Source: Raillietiella orientalis
Taxonomy: Eukaryota
Assembly (NCBI GenBank): GCA_036172245.1
Contig: JAYWIR010000009.1
Coordinates: 3,844,001-3,908,000 of the forward strand
Length of the DNA: 64,000 bases
Reading direction: 5' to 3'
Under the pieces are notes generated by a model, which made no database searches, had not been told where the DNA came from, and saw only the letters and a list, made by a program, of their open reading frames with translations. Every line of letters starts with the position of its first letter. Position 1 is the first letter of the stretch. Below, one piece after another: positions 12,745-25,656 of this stretch. Made by a program: the position numbers and the translations under genes.

Positions 12745-14770
12745 CGCCCGCCTATTTGCCGAAGCATTTCTTATTAAGAATTTTTATAAACATTTTCTAA
12801 TAAAGTCGGGAAACTTACAGTGGTCTGGTAGAACACTACCATGCGCGGAGGACTTGCCAGAAACGGGTGCGCAGACCGGTGAGATCTGCTGCAGCGGCGA
12901 AGGGGAATGGGAAATAAAACAAAAACAACAAAAAAAAAAAACAATTCAAAGCAGCGGGAGGGGAGGACAGGGAGGGGATCACCAGTCGCCCAGAGTGGTC
13001 CTCCGCATCCTGTTACGGATGATGACAAGTTCTGTTTGTACTGTTCTCGGTTAGGACCATCGAGGAGCGGTCTCCGAGAAGATTTCCGCCCAGTGGATGG
13101 CACCCCTGCTGTTTTGGCCCCTTCTCTTCGCGTTGCACCTTGCCCACGATTCCGCGTACGCAGCAGAGAACTGCCAGAGACCCGGCTGGGGGCGGGGCGT
13201 CACGCCTGAAGAGGCCGGAAAATGCTTTTAGGATCGCCTCCTAGGATTTTGAGGATCGACCAGAGTCGATCCCAAAGTGCACGGAGGGCGACACAGTCCA
13301 TTAGGAAATGCGGGAAGGTTTCCCTTTCGCCGCACTCTGAACAACGGGCATGCACACCCCCAAGTGCCCCACATGTGTCAAGACGCGCGGTTGGACCATG
13401 GGACAGCTGGCGGACTCCACGATCCCGAGCGTCCTTCCTCGGGGACTACAGAGAAGGGGAAAGCTGCTCGGCATTTCATCTGAAGATCTAGAGTGGCTCC
13501 CAGCGATGGAAGAAACGAAGATCCTCTCCCTAAAGTGGCAGGAAACGGCGCTCTTGCTGTTGCAGCGGGGTCTCCCGTGCAACGCGCGCCGCCACCACTG
13601 GACTCTGGGGAACGAAGGCGACGGAGGAAGCAGCGAAGGGGACGCCATCGAATTTGTAGTTTGCTTCCTGCGGATCGCGACTAGGAGAGCATGCAGGTGG
13701 ACCTCGACGGCATCTTGCAGAGGATGGACACTCCTCAAAGCGGACAGTGATCCCTTCCCGGTCCTCCAGAATGTTTTTTTTTTTATTTATTTCTTGTTCT
13801 ATTTTTCTTTTTGTTTCTTCCCGATCCCCCTCCGCTGCCGAGGAGAGTCGAGTCGGTCTGCGTACCGGCGACCCGGAAGTAGTGGGGCCTCGTGCCACAA
13901 ATGTACAGAGGAGTTTATCAATAAACGCCCCGGCGTGGCCGGGTGGCAACTCCCAAGTTTTCAGTGAGATAGGCGTGCTCTGCACGGGATTCCCCAGTGC
14001 AACAACAGCAACGCTGTTCCTTGCCACTTCATGGGGAGGGTGCCGCTGTCCCAACACGCTGGGGGCCACTTGACCTCTTCCGGAGGTATTGCGAGCAGCT
14101 CGCCCCAGCACAGAAGTCCTTTAGGCGGGACACTCGGGGTCGCAGCGTCCACTAGCTGCCGAGTTGTCCACGCATGTAAAAGTTTCCTTCTGCCTTGAAT
14201 GAGACTGCATACTTCTCCACTTTGTCGGATGATTGCTGTCCCTAGCGTTCTTAAGGGAGGGCAGCACTGGGACAAGAGGGATGAACGAAGCCCACAGCAG
14301 TTTGCATAGGTTTTACGGTCTCCCGCAGGAGCTGTCGAGCGTTCCTCCCTCCCGGAGGCAGGCGTACTCCACCTCGCTCGAGCCGTTGATCTTTCCCCAT
14401 GAGGAACCTGACTCCTGAAACCAGGCAGTGCAGTTCGCGGGGAGGCGGGAGATCCAGGTGTTTTCCCGCATCAAGGCAACCAGTCGACGTAGCTGATGGC
14501 CACGTTGCCTCAGGCTGGTGTCGTTGGCTACGAGGATCGTGGTCGCTCTTCTGGTGAGGAGCCGTGCAGGTGCTCATCAAGGCTCTATCCAAAACTTCGC
14601 CGCAAGGGCGAGTCTTGTGAATTGGAGCTGACTCTCCATCAGCTCCAGCGTAAAAAGAGATCCAGTCCACCATCCTTGCGCGGAGTACACAATTCTTTTA
14701 AGCGAACTTGGGAACTTTCTGTGCTCCAGAAGACTTTTCTCAGGATGTCTCGATTCTTCTCCTGATGTTG
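12745..14770 (-). mobile_element. Family A non-LTR copy (thumb region to 3' UTR) interrupted by an antisense copy at ~13365-13945
   Basis: 14760-14650 reads ILRKVFWSTESSQVRLKELCTPRKDGGLDL (L1/Tx1-type post-RT motif). HWGIPCRARLSH*KLG breaks at ~13950 and resumes at ~13364 as LGGVHARCSECGERETFPHFLMDC. 3' UTR at ~12780-12985. Confidence 0.85.
13365..13945 (+). mobile_element. Family A copy with internal deletion, nested antisense in another family A copy
   Basis: ORF 13350..13967 reads WTMGQLADST..LKWQETALLLLQRGLPCNARRHHWTLG. Terminal AATAAACGCCCCGGCGTGGCCGGGTG. Imperfect flanking repeat (gcacacccccaagt / gcaactcccaagt). Confidence 0.85.
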
Positions 14771-16221
14771 GTTGGGACGGGGCCAACAAAAAGCAGGTCA
14801 AGGAGGTCAGTCAGTGATTGTGCAAGTTCCTTCGTGGAAAAATTGTGCAGGTGATTCACAGTGCATTCTCAGTAGGGAGTTTCTTGGAAACTTCTCTGGG
14901 ACATGCTGTGAAGGTGACATCGTTCTCAGTTTGAACTTCAGGCATCCCCCTCAGGAGGTGAGATGACTGGCCTATGGAATAAGTGCACGAGAGAGGTTCT
15001 ATAGGAGATCGCAGCGCCATCTCTGATCTCGTGAGTTCACTGCTTATTCTCGCGAGTTGAGTCTCCACGTTGACGCTAGATGATGCTTATGCAATCGGTC
15101 ATGCCAACCAATGCTAGGGAAATGGATACATGACCAGTCAATGGCCTCGCTTAATGATTCTTGTGGTGGGAATGTCGGATTTGGCGACAAGTTTGGGGAT
15201 GAAAATCTTGATTTGTATGAGAGACGTGACTTTTAAACGCTCGTATTTTCATTGCCCAAGCATAGTGTGCGCGAGCGCACTGAGGTCAACTAACAGAGTG
15301 GGGAGTCAGCAAGTGGACCCACTAGGAAGTGCTTTGCGGCAGTTGACTCGGTATTCACGAAATTCCAATTCTGGCGCGCGAACCGAATTCCCAGGTGATG
15401 TCTTCTTCGCAGAAAGGCACTCAACCCCTCGGTTTTGTTCACGGAACACACCCCGATGAGACGGCTGCTGTCATCCACAAGGATGCTCCGAAAGTGAACC
15501 GACGAGATCCTGGCATGGAATTGGTGCTTGTCGCGCGTTATTCTGCGAAGATCACCAGGCAGCCTGAGGAAATAAAGTGTGTTTAGGATGTGTTTCCGAA
15601 GCACAAGCTTTCAAAAGAGGATGGGTGGCGGCAGAAATTTTTTTTTTTTTTCCCAGAGCTGTCGAGACAGTTTCATCTCTAGCGTCGCCGTACGAGCGTT
15701 TCCACTGGGAAGAAACGAGCCAAACTGCGTTACACAGGTTCACTGCGTTGCGAAAGAGTTCCTGGTTGAGTTCTTTGACAACAGTTTAATGCTTCGCACT
15801 GGATGCTATCCAGAAGGTTTGTTCTTCTTCCATATCACCGACATTTGTTGCCACACTCTGCCGTCTTGCAGCACAGAGCGAGGGCTTACAGCCTATGATT
15901 GTCATTTATCTCCATTCAGCCTGAGTTTTCTCGAGGACACGTCCATAAAATGTGCTGCCATCCGTCTCCCTGAGCACCCGGGAAGACACTTTCAAAAACC
16001 CAAGCGGAGCAGCCAAGTCTGGCGCTTCCGTACAGCTACAGACCGGTTGCAGCATTTTTGTTGCAGTTCCCGACGGATGCTCGTTTTTTAGGAGTGATGG
16101 TGCGTTGCCAATTTCGCAGCACCTCCCTCCTCCGCTTCTTCGCCTGCTGAGTTCGTGGCAGCACCTGGAGGAGATTCGGGAAGTTCCCGGAGCCACCTGG
16201 ACATTCAAACTGCGTTGTTGT

Positions 16222-19200
16222 TTCCTACCCGGTTGCGTCGGGACGTTTATTCACGAATGGACAAACCGTCTAGGAACGACGTTCCAAGGCAAAGGGAAAA
16301 GAAGTTCGAGGTGAGAGCTGCCCGACCTGCGTGTCAGGGCAGCCCTCACACCTTGAACCTGGACTGAAAGTTCGGAACGGGAGGGAGGGGAAAATAAATA
16401 AATACAAAAGGATATGGAGGGGGAAAGAGGACAGAGGTCTTTGGTATAGGCCCTTCCTTCTTCTCAGAGCCGGCGCTGAATGCCAAAGACCTTCTTCCTT
16501 ACTTCTTCTTTAAGATGAGGCCGCCACCCAGCAGCCATCCTCATGCTGGCGTCTGCAATCCTGGTGACCTCTGTTGGGGCCGCTCGTGAGTCCGACACGT
16601 AGTGGGCCACGACGATGGCGCAGATACAACTGATCGTTGCGATGATCGCAGCTAGCGAGAGGCCGCTGCGCGTGAAGAAGCGGCGCATGGTGTCAATGGC
16701 GATGCCCTTCTGGCGCAGGAGCGCTGAAGGCAGCCTCCTCCACAGTCCTTGGAGGGCACCGCAGTCGAAGAGCAGATGCGGAAGCGATTCCACTGCTGCG
16801 CACCTTCTACAGTTCGAGGAGGCAACTTCCTGGAAACGAGGTGTGCGCTCCGATTGCATTGGAAATCCCAATGAAACAGAAGAACCACGTCCTGTTAACA
16901 CCGAAGCGGGAACACAGACGTATCCACGCACGAGTGAGGGATCACAAGTTCTTCCGGGGCACACTCGTGAGTTCGTCGAGGTTCCCGGTCCAGTGTTGGA
17001 ACCTCCTGTGCTGCGCAGGATCCCTCAGCGATGAAGCGCAGGGATCTCCGGTTAGTATCCCCACAGGGCGGTCCCGGTCGCGCATGCGTTCAGGGAGGTC
17101 TTCCGAGCCTTGGCCCCGTTGGATCCATGCGCGGATCCGCGGCGGTGGGCGACGTCGCAGTGCTCGGGGGCCCTCCTTGGTCCACTGCCAAGAAGTGATG
17201 GTCGCGGGACTCCATCATCCGCCGTTTGCGGCGGAGCTCCCTGTGGGCGCTGCCCCTCGTAGAAGACCGCTGCTCTCGGACTCCAGCGGTGATAGTCAGT
17301 GTTCGGTATCGCCTCCGGCGTTGTCGTCCATCGTCTTGCGCTCACCACGAGCGGGAGCGCCACGGCCAGCTCCTCCTTCGTCGGAACGATATTTCCAGCA
17401 CGACACCGTTGGTAAGGAGTTGCTGCTTATTTTGGACAGGTCAGGTCGACCTTCCTCCACCGTCGTGGTCATTCTGACGAGTTGTCATGAGTTTTGGGGA
17501 GCTCGGCGGCAGCAGAGGCGCACTCACGCCGGCGCCTCTTTCCGCTCGCAGTCGGCGAGGAAGCCGCCGACTTGACCCGTGGCTCCTTGCTTGTCCGAAG
17601 GAAGCTATCTTAAGAGGTGGCCACCTTCTCCAGTATGTTGCGGAAGACCGAGCTTCCGCAGAACCGTGACTGCGGGCATCCCGTCCTGGAGGTTGGCCTT
17701 CTTTCTTCCCGAAGGAGTGCTGCGCTGAGGCTTCTCGTCCATCCGTTATTCGCCCTTCCGACGGGATGCGAGAGGCGCCTGATCATCCCCGATCCAAACA
17801 CCCGGATGTTCAGTTTCAGCTGCTGCCCTGAACCCATGGAAGCGCGAGATGATACTATCAGGAATTCCGGCAGCAGGATCTCGCCGCTTCGGCGCTCGCT
17901 CATCTGTGCTCCATGGCTCGCCGCTTTGGGGGATGCCGGACCCGACGTCCTGACGCTTGAGAGGATGGGCGTCAGCTCCAGTCTAGAAGGTTAGCACTCT
18001 GGCGGCAAGGTTTGGGATCACCCATTGGTGCGTCCTGGCCGGACTCCTGGCCAAGTGAGCAGCTGGCGCCGAGGAACTCGGTGAGTTCCTCGGGCGTGGC
18101 CACCGAGAGCTGCCCCGATGGCGGGTGCCAGCTCTGCCAAATGGTCGCCTTGGTCCAGGAGAATAGGTGGATTTCCTACCGTTCCGTCCACTGCAGTGTC
18201 TGGAAATAGGAAACGGTTCAGACGTGGGCGGGAAAAAAAGGTACGAGCCCGGAGTCATTGCCGTGCCTGTGACTTATGAATGATGCTCGCTGCTCGTTGC
18301 AGGAAATCACGGATTGCCCGAGGAAGACCCCGTGTGCACGAAACACCCCACTTGCAGACACCACGCTCCACAAAATCCAACAAAGTGGAAAATGGAGATG
18401 ATCTTGCAAGATGGGAAGTATCCTGAGAGATCGCGGGAAAAAAGAAGCAGCTGGGATGCTGGGCGGCGCGTCAACTGTCCGACGCATGCACCCCCGCCTC
18501 CCTCCCCAGAGGAATTCTTCACTGGGAGGAGCTCCTGAACGTTCTTCCTGAGGAGGCAGAAATTGTTTCCCTTGCGTTTGCGAACAGCTCCGCGCCTCCC
18601 CCGAAGTCGACGGACTCGTCATCGTAGTTGTTGTCCTGAAAGATCCCATGTAATGCACGAGTCCACCACCACTAGGCAAGGGAGAATGCAACCCCACTTG
18701 CGAGGAACGGGAAACCTCCCCAAGTCTTCTGCCGGGATTATGTCCCCCTCCTGATTGTCCAGAAACGCGTCGCTGTGGCCCTCCTTCTCCCGATGAACAA
18801 CGGCAGGGAGGTATTCGTACGCGACTTGTCGCCCGCAGCTTCCCTCGCAGCTCCGTACTGCCTACGTGGGATTGCGGGGGCGGAAAGCCGCTCTGAAAGA
18901 GGTCGGCCAAACAGTGACGTCATATCAATCGCCTGTTCCTTTGTGAGGAAGGCGACAGGACGGCTACATCTCTGCCAACAAAAGGGGGAAGTTACCAACA
19001 TCCTCCAGAGGATTCTGAGCATGCCAGGAAGAAATCCGTGATCGCTTATCCTCCCCCATTCTCCCCTCTTAACATATTTTTGGAATGGGATTTCGTGTGT
19101 GTTTTTTCTCTTTGTTTACCCCTTTCCCCACTTCTGTACGGACCTCGTCGTGGGAGCTGCTCACGAGAAGCAACGCCTCCGAGGGGGCATTTCCCTTCCC

Positions 19201-19425
19201 TTTGCTTCTGTGAAACCAGCACGAAGAACAAAGACATTTTTTGTATTGTATACGACTGCCATTTTGTAAATGTTTTCCTAATAAACGCCCCCCGGCATGA
19301 CCGCGTGAAAGTGCTCCATGTCTGCGGCGATGATTAGGATCTCCTTCTGACCTCTCTCATCATCCACGACGAAGATCAAATCGTCGTGGTAGGCCAGGTG
19401 AGTGATCCGCTTTCGTTTTTGGTCT
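16222..19425 (-). mobile_element. Non-LTR copy from RT core to 3' end (diverged A-like C-terminus), interrupted at 17919-19310
   Basis: ITHLAYHDDLIFVVDDERGQKE (19410-19315) continues at ~17915 as ..IPDSIISRFHGFR..HPGVWIGDD, collinear with the RT at ~41070-40830. Zinc finger NCRRCAAVESLPHLLFDC in ORF 16464..16964. Terminal AATAAACGTCCCGACGCAACCGGGTAGGAAA. Confidence 0.82.
17919..19310 (+). mobile_element. Family A copy nested antisense, with 13-bp TSD (1 mismatch)
   Basis: ORF 18775..19041 reads EVFVRDLSPAASLAAPYCLRGI..HLCQQKGEVTNILQRI. Terminal AATAAACGCCCCCCGGCATGACCGCGTGAAA. Flanks are GTGCTCCATGGCT (17906-17918) and GTGCTCCATGTCT (19311-19323). Confidence 0.85.
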
Positions 19426-19779
19426 CTTCTTCCTTTCTCTTTGGTTTGAGAAGAACTCGAAGACCGCTGCTTCGTTCCATAGGAGGCGTTGGGGCGGCTC
19501 GACGACGCTGCTGCCACACGGAATTTCTCAAGGATCTTCGTTTCTGTCACGCGCATGTGCGGTGCGCTCAATGAGAGGAGGGTGGGAGAGTCCCAAGGGG
19601 CTCGCTCGCTCCCACTTCCTGGCCGCGGACGTGAGCGCTTCCTGCGCATGAGCTCCCTGAACCGTCTACGCGTTATCTCGCGGGCAGATCCGAAGGCCAC
19701 GATGCTTCTGACCCAGCGTCGATGTCCACCAGGGCGATTCGAGGCCAGGCCGCCGTGTCCATACAGTCGCCGACGCGTT

Positions 19780-21130
19780 CACGATGAGCCGAGCATACGG
19801 GAGAAGGGCAGCTCCCCACCGAAGCTGAGGAGCTGCCCAAGCAGCTGGAAACTGTAGCCTTACGCAGCCCACAGGGCCTACTCGATTCTGGTCAACCACT
19901 CGAGTGGCCTGATGTTGGCGCTCATAGGCAAACACAGAGAGTGGGTCAGCATCGACTCCATGTGTCTAAACATCTCCTCAAGGCGGCGACTCGAAGTAAG
20001 GAGCCATGGAACGAGGAACTGACCATGGTTATCCCGTACTTCGTGCCGGTACCCAGGGAGACCTGGAAGTGGATATTCCAGAGGCCATTCATGAGCATCT
20101 GCGATTGCGAACAGTTTGCAACCAGTCGCAGCGTCCGCGAGATGCGACTCTTTCGCTACGCACAACGCATGAGAGGGAGATTCGCCTGAAAGACGAGAGA
20201 GCTTTGGAAGCATCAGGCATCCAACGTTTGGACCAAAGCCAACATCTGCGTCGTGATAAAGGACAGCTATCCAGGAGAAAAAGACGTCCTCCCCAAGGCC
20301 GCCAACCGCTACAGGATTCTGATGGTGAACCACCAAGAGGAACAACTTAATTTTACTCAACATTTTTACTAATTAAAACATTATTTCACATAAGTCATTA
20401 TTAATTACATTCCATTCACATAATATTTTAAAAATCAATATTAACTTAGTATGGAAACCCTATAATAGCTACCTCTAAGCCCATAATCTAAATCTTCAGG
20501 AGCGACCTTCCACCAGGCACTCAGGACGAACTCCTCTTGTTTTACCATGGAGGTATCCTGAGTGGGAGCAGGACCGTAAACGGGACTGGCAACATCCTGG
20601 ACGACTTATGCGAGGGCGTGACGGCAGGGAAATCCAGCTTCACGTAACTCACCTGTCCGACGCTGCTCCAGGACTGGAGCACGCTGAAGGCGGTGCTCGG
20701 CCTGCAGAGGACCACAAGAGTGAGCATCTTATCGGGATTGTTCGACGGGAGTGCCAATGTCCCGTGCTGCGATCCCATGGTTCAGACCACCATCGCCTTC
20801 TTCATTACGAGCGTAGCGATAAGAAAGGCAAAGATAAGGAACACGGGAGCTACGGCCCCTGCCATCAACATATCACAAGGACTCATAAAGCGAGAAACAG
20901 GGATCAGGAACTGCGGCAGGATACCCGCCTGGAGGTACCTCTACATCTTGCATAAGATCGCGGACCTGACCCGAGTTTACCCCTCTCCAGCCCCCAGCGG
21001 CCCTATTCCGAGGAAACCACTACCCCGCCGCCCAAAACCCGCAAGCACTTTTCCCGTGCCGCGCGTCGCGATGGGCGGTTTGTTCCTCCCACTCACTCCA
21101 CGCCTCTGGGAGCGGGAAGCGATCCCACTT
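19780..21130 (+). mobile_element. Family B non-LTR C-terminal fragment with AT-rich insert at ~20345-20495
   Basis: RSKEPWNEELTMV..PRETWKW..CDCEQFATS matches ~28270-28430 and ~40370-40200. QDELLLFYHGGI and IAFFITSVAIRK match QDLFLMFHHGGI and VAFFLSSILVRR at ~39970-39680. Confidence 0.7.
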
Positions 21131-24100
21131 TGAAGGGCAGAGAGCTGCAGATTCGCAGCGAGTCTTGGGGGATATTCGTCGCAAGGGTCGGAGTGCTGGA
21201 AGACTAAAGGGCTTCCGTGCCCCGCGCGAGATGCCATCGCCAGTGCAGGCAGCCGTTTGTTCGGACGAAAGTTTCAGGTTTGGTTTGGTCGCAGCGGAAC
21301 TCAGGGAGCGCATCCCGCGAGAGTACAGCATCGACTCAAGAGCAGAAACAGAGGAGGAAGGAAATGCTCGATCTTGCGTCTCCCGGGCTTGCCTCGGCGG
21401 TTCCCGGTTTCCGCTCCGCAAAACAGCATCGCGCAAATCCCGGAGAGGCTTCCACCGTTGCCATGGCCACACAGTCGCCTCTCCTGATGAATCCGAATCC
21501 TCACCAGCCCTGCTTTCTTAATTTCCGGCGTGCTCGTGGACCGCGCAGCTGCATGCCGGTCCTGCTTCCGTGTCCGTGCTGGTCGGCCTTCTGGTGCCCC
21601 AGACGCCTTCCCATCCGCACTTCAAGGAGGAGAAGATATTTTGGAATATTGGTGCATCTTCCTCTGCCTGCGACCAGCACTTCCCTTTGTTTGTATTTCC
21701 GTTCCCGTTGTCTTCGCCGCATGCGGTGAGCCAACTGTGCAGATCGTTCGAGCATACGCGGTCGTCCAGCTTCCACGCCAGCGGGAGCTGAAAGACAGGA
21801 AACCATCCGAGGACAAGGCGCTGCTTGGATGCCGCCGCGTATTTTTTTTTTTTTTTTTTACGTGCATCCAAGGGTTCCTTCCGAATCAAATGCCGCAGAT
21901 CTCGATTTGGTGGGGTGAATCAGCTACAGAACGGTATGGATGCTGACTGACCAGGGCAGCTCGCATCAGACTGCAATTGGGATCCTTTTTTCTGCAAGCT
22001 GTTGCCCACTTACATACCGGAGCAAGAAGGTGAGGCCGTGGCAACCTGCCTCATCGCAGGCCGCCCTAGGAACGACATTTGCACGTCGCACAGCACTTGC
22101 ATCAGAACAAAAGCGAAAGCACGCAACTGGGTCTTTAGGCATTCAGATTTGCTCACTGAACTCTGCAGACACCTTTGCGTCATCTGTTAACAGCAACAGT
22201 CCTGCAGCGGAAGCTGCTCCACAAGTGGGCGGCCAAGTTGCGGAGGTGCGTGGCACCGATACGCGGAATGCCACATGTGAATTAGCAGCTCGTGTTCTCG
22301 GTCAGCACGGCGATGCCTCGACAACGTGCAGCATCGCCCAGATGGGAGGCGTCTCCTTTGGGAATCCGTCTTCCCGGGAGGGTTTTCAAACGGAATTCCG
22401 GGAATCGAAAGATCAGCCCACAAACCGCACTGGCGGCAGCCGTTCTCGCTGCGGCCTCACCTCACAAATGGACCACTTCTTTCCGCTGATCAGCCAACGG
22501 GGTGTACATTTCAGGGGATGCTACCGGACGTTGGCGCGCGCAATGAAGGCCGCGCACCGTCGCCGTCTTCAAACGGCATGTAAAAAAAAAAAAAAAAAAA
22601 AAGGAAAGAGAGGAAAGAGCTGAGCTGTGAAGGGCTGACGGAAGATTGCATTTCGATCTTCGCGCAGCCAGCAAAGAGAGAGTCGCGAACCCGGGAAACG
22701 CACCCCGGCGCCGATCCCTGCTCCGGATACAGCGGGCGTCATCTGGATTGCGGGGAATGCAGCGGGCGTTTTCCGGGCTTCTGGGCAGTCGGGCTCTCGG
22801 AGCTGATGCATGTCATGCCAAGATAATTAGGTGCGTGCGTTTGGAAACTCACATCGGGGATGGAAAAATAGAATGTCGGAGTCCCGCTTTCAACAGGGTG
22901 TTGCTAAGATTTTACGACCCCTGCGACGGGCAAAATGGCTGTCACATGTTCCACAAGTTGATGAGTTTTTTGTGGCAGGCAGCTCTTTGAATCCTCGGGA
23001 GACGTCGCCGAGCAATCATCTTCGCTGGTAAGCATTTCCGTGGCTCATCCACCGCTTCCATTATGGATTCAGTGCCCATGCTTTTGCGAGGGATTCGTGC
23101 TCGTGTTCTGCTTCGGTAAAACTTTTATGACCTGAGCGTTGCGGAAGAGCTGCCTTCCAAGAACGAGTTGGTTGGCGTTTCAGGCCGGGACGTTGGCGTG
23201 TTGAAAAATGCATCGCTGGGTCCCCGCGTGGCTGCTGCTGCTGCTGCTGCTGCCTTCTTGTCGTCGCCTTGGATCGGAAATCCGCAGGAGCCGCAGGGGC
23301 GCGGCGATCCTGCCAACACATCCAGCATCTCGGAACTTTTGAAAGGGAAGTCCCTGTTGAAGGTCCTCCCCCCCCCCTTGCCCTCCTCATAAGAAGTCCT
23401 TCTTCCTGCTCAACTGCCTCCCGTTCGAGGACGCTTTCGACGGCGGCTACGCTGAACCGTCAGCTCACCTCCTGCACTTCGCCGTGGTTCACCGGCCGTG
23501 CCCGTAAACCACGGGAGCCCCCGGGCTACAGGAAACACGGGCTCGGACGGTGTTCGCGCCCGAGGGACAAATGGGGGGAAAGAAAAATAACCGGGTACAC
23601 CATTCGGGCTTTTCATTTGAAGCATCTGCGATCAAAGTTTATGAGGGTAATACTGATTATAAAAATTATAATAGGTGACCATATCGTTCATAAATCTACA
23701 ATAATGGATCGATAATCTATACTGATAGACGAATAATTTATCATAGTCTGTAATAATAGGTTAATAATCCATAATGGCCTATAATAATTTCTTATAACGT
23801 CTACAGAAATTATATTAGGTGACCCTTATAATAATCTTAATGATTTGCTGGTTGCGAATGGTTCTTGGTTCACGCAGAGACAAGGTCGATGGGTCACGTG
23901 AACTTGGGAACGGAAGTTTTCCTATGACTAGAAAGAAGAAGGCAGCAGTAGCGGTTGGTACCTTTCTAAAGACAAAACCACGCTGTCCTGCGTTCCTGCA
24001 ATGACCGCTGTCCGTCCGCTTTGCTTGCGTTTGGCACGGAAGTGGACCAAAGTGGTAGAGCTCAACCATCATCCTCCAGGGTGGCCACCACTGGCCACAG

Positions 24101-24646
24101 GAAACGCAGGCGTTTTCCAGGTGCGCTTTCGGCTTTTCAAGGCTGAAGAGCCTTCCCTGGCTGACGGCAGACGGAAACCTGCCGAGGAAAGAAGCCAGAA
24201 ACCCCTGATCGCCAGGAGATGCGGGGAGGTGTCCGGCAGTCGGCAAGCACACGGTCTGACGGACAGGAAAGAAGAGTCTTCGTGGGTCGCGCTTGCACGT
24301 GCCGCGTCGGTCACCGTCGTGTTGCGGGTCAGAGTCGGCGCTGTTCGCCTCCGCAGCCCCGGAAGCGTCCTCCTGCTTCCCGAGGTCACCTAGGCGGCCT
24401 TCGGGAACAGGGGGAAGAGGAGGAATTTCCGCAAGATCCGTCCGCTGCCCTTCGAACCAGCGAAGAGCAGGCCCTTCCCTCGGAGAAGACGGCCTCTGCA
24501 GGATTCCAAGAGTCCCCGCTGTCCGTCCCTGTGTTTTCCGGGTGCTTCTCAAGAAACCCCTACGGGCACGCAGATAGGGAGCTGCAGCGGCTGGCAGGTG
24601 GTTCCTCAAAGGGTTCAGCAGTGGGCCTGTGACCTGCCTCGCTGCC

Positions 24647-25656
24647 GGTCACACGTCCCGAATGCCGAAATCTCGAAAGGTCATGGAAAATAAATAGACC
24701 TATGGTTGCTAATTCGATATTTTATGCATTCATTTCATGTACATTTACCGTATATATAAATATGTATTATATTTATAAATGTAGCGAACACATTTTGCTG
24801 AACACATGTTCATTTATTTTTACAATATTCAACGCATATTAATAATGTACATATGTTATCATAATTAATAGAATTAATAATATGTATGCTAAAATAAATT
24901 TGTATATTAATCTATGTATATATATCGATATGCATAATAAGCACATAATGGCATCTTCATTACATATGTGAACATGTATATTTATATAGAATAGTAAGTA
25001 AAGATTATGGAAAATGGATATATGTGCATGACATATATCGTTAATCTCTATATAAATATGAGTATGCATAATAAGCACATATATTTATTTTTTATAATCT
25101 TTAAGTACATACTAATCTACATTGATATGTATATAATAAATGTATATTAATAAGTCTATATGTCAATAGGTATTATGTATTATGTATGTCGATAAGTACA
25201 TGCGTTTAAATAATGTTGCTATTAATAATATCTTTACGAGCAAATTGTGAGAAATATGTATGTTACAATAAGTTTGTGTATTAATCTGTATATAAATGTA
25301 TATATATCAATATATAAGATAAGCATGTGCATTTATTTTTCATAACCTTTACAATATGTACTTATCTTTATAAATATATATAGTAAATATCCATCACTAA
25401 GGATATTCGTTAATAAGTATGCTATATTAATAAGTGTATATGTTTAAATAATATTGCTATAAATAATATGTATATAAATAAATAGTAAGGAATATGTATG
25501 TTAAAATAAATTTGCATTTTAATCTATATATAAATATATCTACATATCTTTCGTAACAAGTACTATGTATATAAATGTATATAGTGATGTGTAAAATAAA
25601 CATCTGTATTTATTTTTCGTGATCTTTCGAGATTTCGATCGTTAGGGATGTTGACC
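24647..25656. mobile_element. ~1 kb non-autonomous TIR element (MITE-like) with very AT-rich, internally repetitive body
   Basis: Left end GGTCACACGTCCCGAATGCCGAAATCTCGAAAGGTCATGGAAAATAAATA versus reverse complement of right end GGTCAACATCCCTAACGATCGAAATCTCGAAAGATCACGAAAAATAAATA. No clean TSD seen. Confidence 0.8.

Noticed and set aside
23210..23255. PolyQ/polyA coding repeat
   Set aside because: A short (GCT)n microsatellite with no supported gene around it.
23980..24110. WWPP..LYHFGPLPC..GHCR on the minus strand as another zf-RVT copy
   Set aside because: The resemblance is too weak to support by eye, and no family 3' UTR is adjacent.
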